From: an archaeon GW2011_AR15
GTDB taxonomy: Archaea; Nanobdellota; Nanobdellia; Woesearchaeales; GW2011-AR15
Assembly (NCBI GenBank): GCA_000830295.1
Contig: CP010425.1
Coordinates: 928,001-992,000 of the forward strand
DNA: 64,000 nucleotides
Direction: 5' to 3'
In this document: one piece after another, positions 58,858 through 64,000 of the stretch
Layout of the letters: the number at the start of each line of letters is the position of its first letter
How positions within the stretch are numbered: position 1 is the first letter of the stretch
Program-made: the position numbers and the translations under genes
Notes under the pieces: model-generated
The model's input: only the letters and a program-made list of their open reading frames with translations
Told to the model about the DNA's origin: nothing
The model's database searches: none

Positions 58858-59310
58858 TCATTTCTGGCCGAAGTAGAAGTATTTCTCTATTGAGAAATCA
58901 TCATTCTTGAACTTTTCCCTGCTGACAGCCAGCTCAACCTTCTCTTCTTTTTTCTTTTCCTGGACAAGCTGTGTCTGCGGCTCTTCCCTCTGCACAGGCC
59001 TTTCAACATAGACCGGCTTGGCGTTCACCCTTACATCATTAATTTCCCTTTCAAGCTTTCCGACTTTTAGTTTAAGGTCTTTTATTTCAAGAATAGCATC
59101 CTTAAGCGCAAATGTCAGTTTCCTTACATCCTTCTTGAGCTCGGCGCTGTCATCAAAATGCTCCTCGTCAGCGAACTCAGTTGAGAAATTATTTTCATTC
59201 CCATATATCCTTTCGGCGTGGGAGAGCGCGTCTTCTTTGTTGAAGACGAGATTGTGTCTTTTCAACTCTACAGCAAGATTGTTCAGCTTTTGTACTTTTG
59301 CGATATCCAT
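58858..59310 (-). CDS. Hypothetical coiled-coil protein
   Basis: MDIAKVQKLNNLAVELKRH...DFSIEKYFYFG; TATA TTTATATA about 30 nt upstream. Confidence 0.7.
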   Translation of the reverse strand: MDIAKVQKLNNLAVELKRHNLVFNKEDALSHAERIYGNENNFSTEFADEEHFDDSAELKKDVRKLTFALKDAILEIKDLKLKVGKLEREINDVRVNAKPVYVERPVQREEPQTQLVQEKKKEEKVELAVSREKFKNDDFSIEKYFYFGQK

Positions 59311-59371
59311 GCCCGATTTTATGATATAATTAGTATATAAATATATCGTTTTTTGATATTAGTATAGTAAA

Positions 59372-59390
59372 AAGTATATTAATTATACTT
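59372..59390. promoter_or_regulatory. Palindrome AAGTATA-ttaat-TATACTT upstream of the GH29 promoter
   Basis: Perfect 7-bp arms about 15 nt upstream of the TTTTTATATA box. Confidence 0.35.
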
Positions 59391-59433
59391 ACTCCTCCAA
59401 GAAATTTTTATATATGCCTAACTCAAAAGAAGT

Positions 59434-61442
<2,009 letters not shown>

Positions 61443-61456
61443 TTAGCTTATAAAAC

Positions 61457-61927
61457 TTATTTAACATCCGTCACCAGGCTCAGCAGATCAGGCTCTGCCA
61501 TAAACTCCTCTTTTTTTATGTCCTCAACAATATAGTATGTCTCTTTTTCCTCAATCTTGAATTTCTGGTCCAGCTTCTCGATAAAACCCTCAAGCTCCAC
61601 TATGCTCCTGAAAACAGCCTCGAACATATAGTCAAAGCCGTTGTTTATCCTGAAGACAGAATTTATGTTAGGATGCTTCTGGAGATAATTCCCTGCTTCT
61701 GCCCTGAACTCTCTGCTTACTTTTACAAGGATATGTGCCCTTGTGTGGAAGCCGAGGGTGCTGAAATCTATAAGAGTTGTATGCCTGACAATAATATTCT
61801 CCTCATTTGCCTTTATCCTGTCAAATATTGTAGAAACCGGTATGCTTGTCTCCCTGCTCAGCTTTGTCAGCGGCACTCTTGCATTTTTCCTGAGGTGCGA
61901 TATAATCCGGTAATCTTTTGATTTCAT
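61457..61927 (-). CDS. Lrp/AsnC family transcriptional regulator
   Basis: KDYRIISHLRKNARVPLTKLSRETSIPVSTIFDRI HTH plus RAM domain (HPNINSVFRINNGFD). Confidence 0.9.
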   Translation of the reverse strand: MKSKDYRIISHLRKNARVPLTKLSRETSIPVSTIFDRIKANEENIIVRHTTLIDFSTLGFHTRAHILVKVSREFRAEAGNYLQKHPNINSVFRINNGFDYMFEAVFRSIVELEGFIEKLDQKFKIEEKETYYIVEDIKKEEFMAEPDLLSLVTDVK

Positions 61928-61963
61928 GCAGAAACGCTAATTGGAATGTTTTAAAATAGATTG

Positions 61964-62023
61964 TTCCCGTGATAATGGAGATTATCCGTGTTTTATGGAA
62001 ATCATTTAGGGGTGATGGAAAGA
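61964..62023. promoter_or_regulatory. Three ~20-bp-spaced imperfect repeats upstream of the Lrp gene
   Basis: ATGGA at 61975, 61995 and 62015. The first two units share CCGTG...ATGGA. Confidence 0.4.
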
Positions 62024-62069
62024 TTTCGGAAAATTAAAAAGATGTAGAAAATCCTACATTATAGCTGAA

Positions 62070-62855
62070 CTATCCAAACCTCCCGGTCACATAATCCTCA
62101 AGAGTCTTGTCCTTTGGATTGACAAATGTATCTTCCCTGGTTCCAAAATGATGGAGGTATCCTTTCCTGCTGCCGTCGCTGTCATCAACATTGAGGAAGA
62201 TTACCCAGTCAGCAATCCTTGCAGCCTGCTGTATGTTGTGCGTCACAAGCACGATTGTCCTTTCTTTTTTGAACTCATTGATAAGGTCCTCAATCCTTTT
62301 TGTTGCAATCGGGTCGAGCGCAGAGCACGGCTCATCCATTAAGATAACATCAGGGTTCACTGCAAGCGCCCTGGCAATGCAGAGCCTCTGCTGCTGCCCT
62401 CCTGATAATGCATAAGCTGATTTTTTTAAATTATCTTTAACTTCATCCCATAATGCAGATTTCTTCAGTATGTATTCAACGTGCTCGTCCATATTTCCTC
62501 TATAGCCATTTATTCTCGCTCCCCATGCAACATTTTCATATATGGATTTCGGAAAAGGGTTCGGCTTCTGGAATACCATGCCTATGTGCCTTCTTACCTC
62601 CACAGGGTCAACTGATTTACTGTCAGGATTGTATATATTCAGTCCCCTGTATAGCACTTGGCCCTCTGTTTTGCTGTGCGGGATAAGCTCGTTCATCCTG
62701 TTCATTGCCCTTATGAATGTAGATTTTCCGGAGCCGGATGAACCGATTATGGCAGTAACCTGATTCTCATATATATCAACACTAACAGGTTTAAGAACAC
62801 TCCTGCCGTTGTAAGAAACAGAGACATCTCTTAACTCGATGATGGGGTTCATCAC
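62070..62855 (-). CDS. pstB: Phosphate ABC transporter ATP-binding protein
   Basis: [59 protein letters not shown]. Confidence 0.95.
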   Translation of the reverse strand: MMNPIIELRDVSVSYNGRSVLKPVSVDIYENQVTAIIGSSGSGKSTFIRAMNRMNELIPHSKTEGQVLYRGLNIYNPDSKSVDPVEVRRHIGMVFQKPNPFPKSIYENVAWGARINGYRGNMDEHVEYILKKSALWDEVKDNLKKSAYALSGGQQQRLCIARALAVNPDVILMDEPCSALDPIATKRIEDLINEFKKERTIVLVTHNIQQAARIADWVIFLNVDDSDGSRKGYLHHFGTREDTFVNPKDKTLEDYVTGRFG

Positions 62856-62972
62856 TATTATGCAGAAACCCTTTGTTTTATTAATTTTTACTATAACTCT
62901 GGGGAGGCTGGGAGCAGGACTTTTGGTTTTTCAAGGCAAAATTTTAAATACAAACCTGAATTAAGCATTCTT

Positions 62973-64000
62973 ATGGGTATTTTTGACAGGATGCTTGGGG
63001 ATTCTGAATCGCTGTTCATGGACCCTGTTCCACTTGACTATGATTTCATGCCTAAACTTGTGCCGTACAGGGAGAAAGAGCAGCAACAGATAGCTGTTGC
63101 TATAAAGCCTCTTTTTTCAAACAGGAACGGGAAGAACATACTTATCCATGGTCCGCCGGGAGTGGGAAAGACCGTTGCAGTGCGCCATGTCCTCAATGAG
63201 CTTGGCGAGAAGACAGACGATATTATCCCCATCTACATAAACACCTGGCAGAAGAACACCACATTTAAGATAGTGATTGAGCTGTGCGACCAGCTGGACT
63301 ATAAATTCACGCATAACAAGAAGACAGAAGAGCTTTTCAACATAGTCCAGAAGGACCTTAACAAGAAATCCGTGGTGTTCTGTTTTGATGAGATAGACAA
63401 GGTGGAAGACCTTGATTTCCTCTATATGCTGCTGGAGCAGATATACAGGAAGACCATAATCATGATAACAAACTACAAGTCATGGGCAATTGAGATGGAT
63501 GAGAGGATAAAATCCAGGCTCTCCCTTGAATTTCTCGAGTTCAGGAAGTACACACCTGCCGAAGTTACAGGGATACTGAAGGAGAGGCTCAGGTATGCGT
63601 TTGTCCCTGATGTCTGGCAGCCTGAGGCATTCAATATTGCAGCAGAGAAGACAGCTGAGATAGGCGACATCAGGACAGGGCTCTACATACTCAGGGAAGC
63701 AGGCAATATTGCAGAGAACAGGGCATCAAGGAAAATAGAGTCTAAAGACACAGAAGAAGCCATTAAAAAAATTTCTGAGATGAAGGTTAAAAAGACAGCA
63801 GAGCTTAAGGATGACGAGCAGGCAATACTTGACCTTATAAAAAACAATTCAGGAAAGAAAATAGGAGACCTTTTCAGCATCTACAAGGAAAAGGGAGGGG
63901 AGGGAGTGTACAAGACATTCCAGAGAAAAATAGAATTCCTCAGCAGGAACAAGTTCATCTCAACAGAAAAACAGCTCGGCGGAACAGAGGGCACGACCAC
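62973..64000 (+). CDS. cdc6: Orc1/Cdc6-like AAA+ ATPase (3' end runs off the window)
   Basis: Manual translation: SLF.D...LDYDFMPKLVPYRE, GPPGVGKT, YIN, FDEID, RIKSRL, GDIR.GL..L..AG..AE. No stop before 64000, so absent from the ORF track. Confidence 0.9.
   Translation, partial: MGIFDRMLGDSESLFMDPVPLDYDFMPKLVPYREKEQQQIAVAIKPLFSNRNGKNILIHGPPGVGKTVAVRHVLNELGEKTDDIIPIYINTWQKNTTFKIVIELCDQLDYKFTHNKKTEELFNIVQKDLNKKSVVFCFDEIDKVEDLDFLYMLLEQIYRKTIIMITNYKSWAIEMDERIKSRLSLEFLEFRKYTPAEVTGILKERLRYAFVPDVWQPEAFNIAAEKTAEIGDIRTGLYILREAGNIAENRASRKIESKDTEEAIKKISEMKVKKTAELKDDEQAILDLIKNNSGKKIGDLFSIYKEKGGEGVYKTFQRKIEFLSRNKFISTEKQLGGTEGTT

Noticed and set aside
62856-62972. oriC directly upstream of cdc6
   Set aside because: Only 117 bp, containing divergent promoters and a G-rich patch but no recognisable ORB repeats.

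Overview
Archaeal chromosomal window. Marker genes include aIF-1A, Kae1, an Orc1/Cdc6-like ATPase, the oapABC-type operon, an archaeal IleRS and an A1:U72 initiator tRNA. Many genes have a TATA box about 30 nt before the ATG. Gene content and style suggest a DPANN lineage such as Woesearchaeota; this is an inference. Most of the window is housekeeping (trxB, sod, ileS, sufB, rnhB, smc, eno, P-type ATPase, tatD, metK, kae1, pstB, cdc6), interspersed with large surface proteins and orphans. Five things stand out. (1) A 13-codon leader ORF, MFSDNIVVSIIII, sits at leaderless-start distance from a TATA box directly upstream of ileS and has competing RNA helices: a candidate Ile-sensing attenuator in an archaeon. 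(2) A ~9.6 kb seven-gene locus next to tRNA-iMet encodes a PPDK-derived PEP-dependent phosphotransferase with a degenerate ATP domain, two YwlE-type (CTGNTCRS) phosphatases with large extra domains, a BtaA/DUF3419-like SAM enzyme, a GNAT and two orphans: a candidate writer/eraser modification system. (3) A tRNA-Ser(GGA) carries two introns (37/38 and 59/60). (4) There is a membrane-anchored LysM plus lysozyme-like protein. (5) There is a 1951-aa Cys/Trp-repeat surface protein. No CRISPR array, rRNA, transposase or integrase was seen. All calls come from manual motif reading; no database searches were run.
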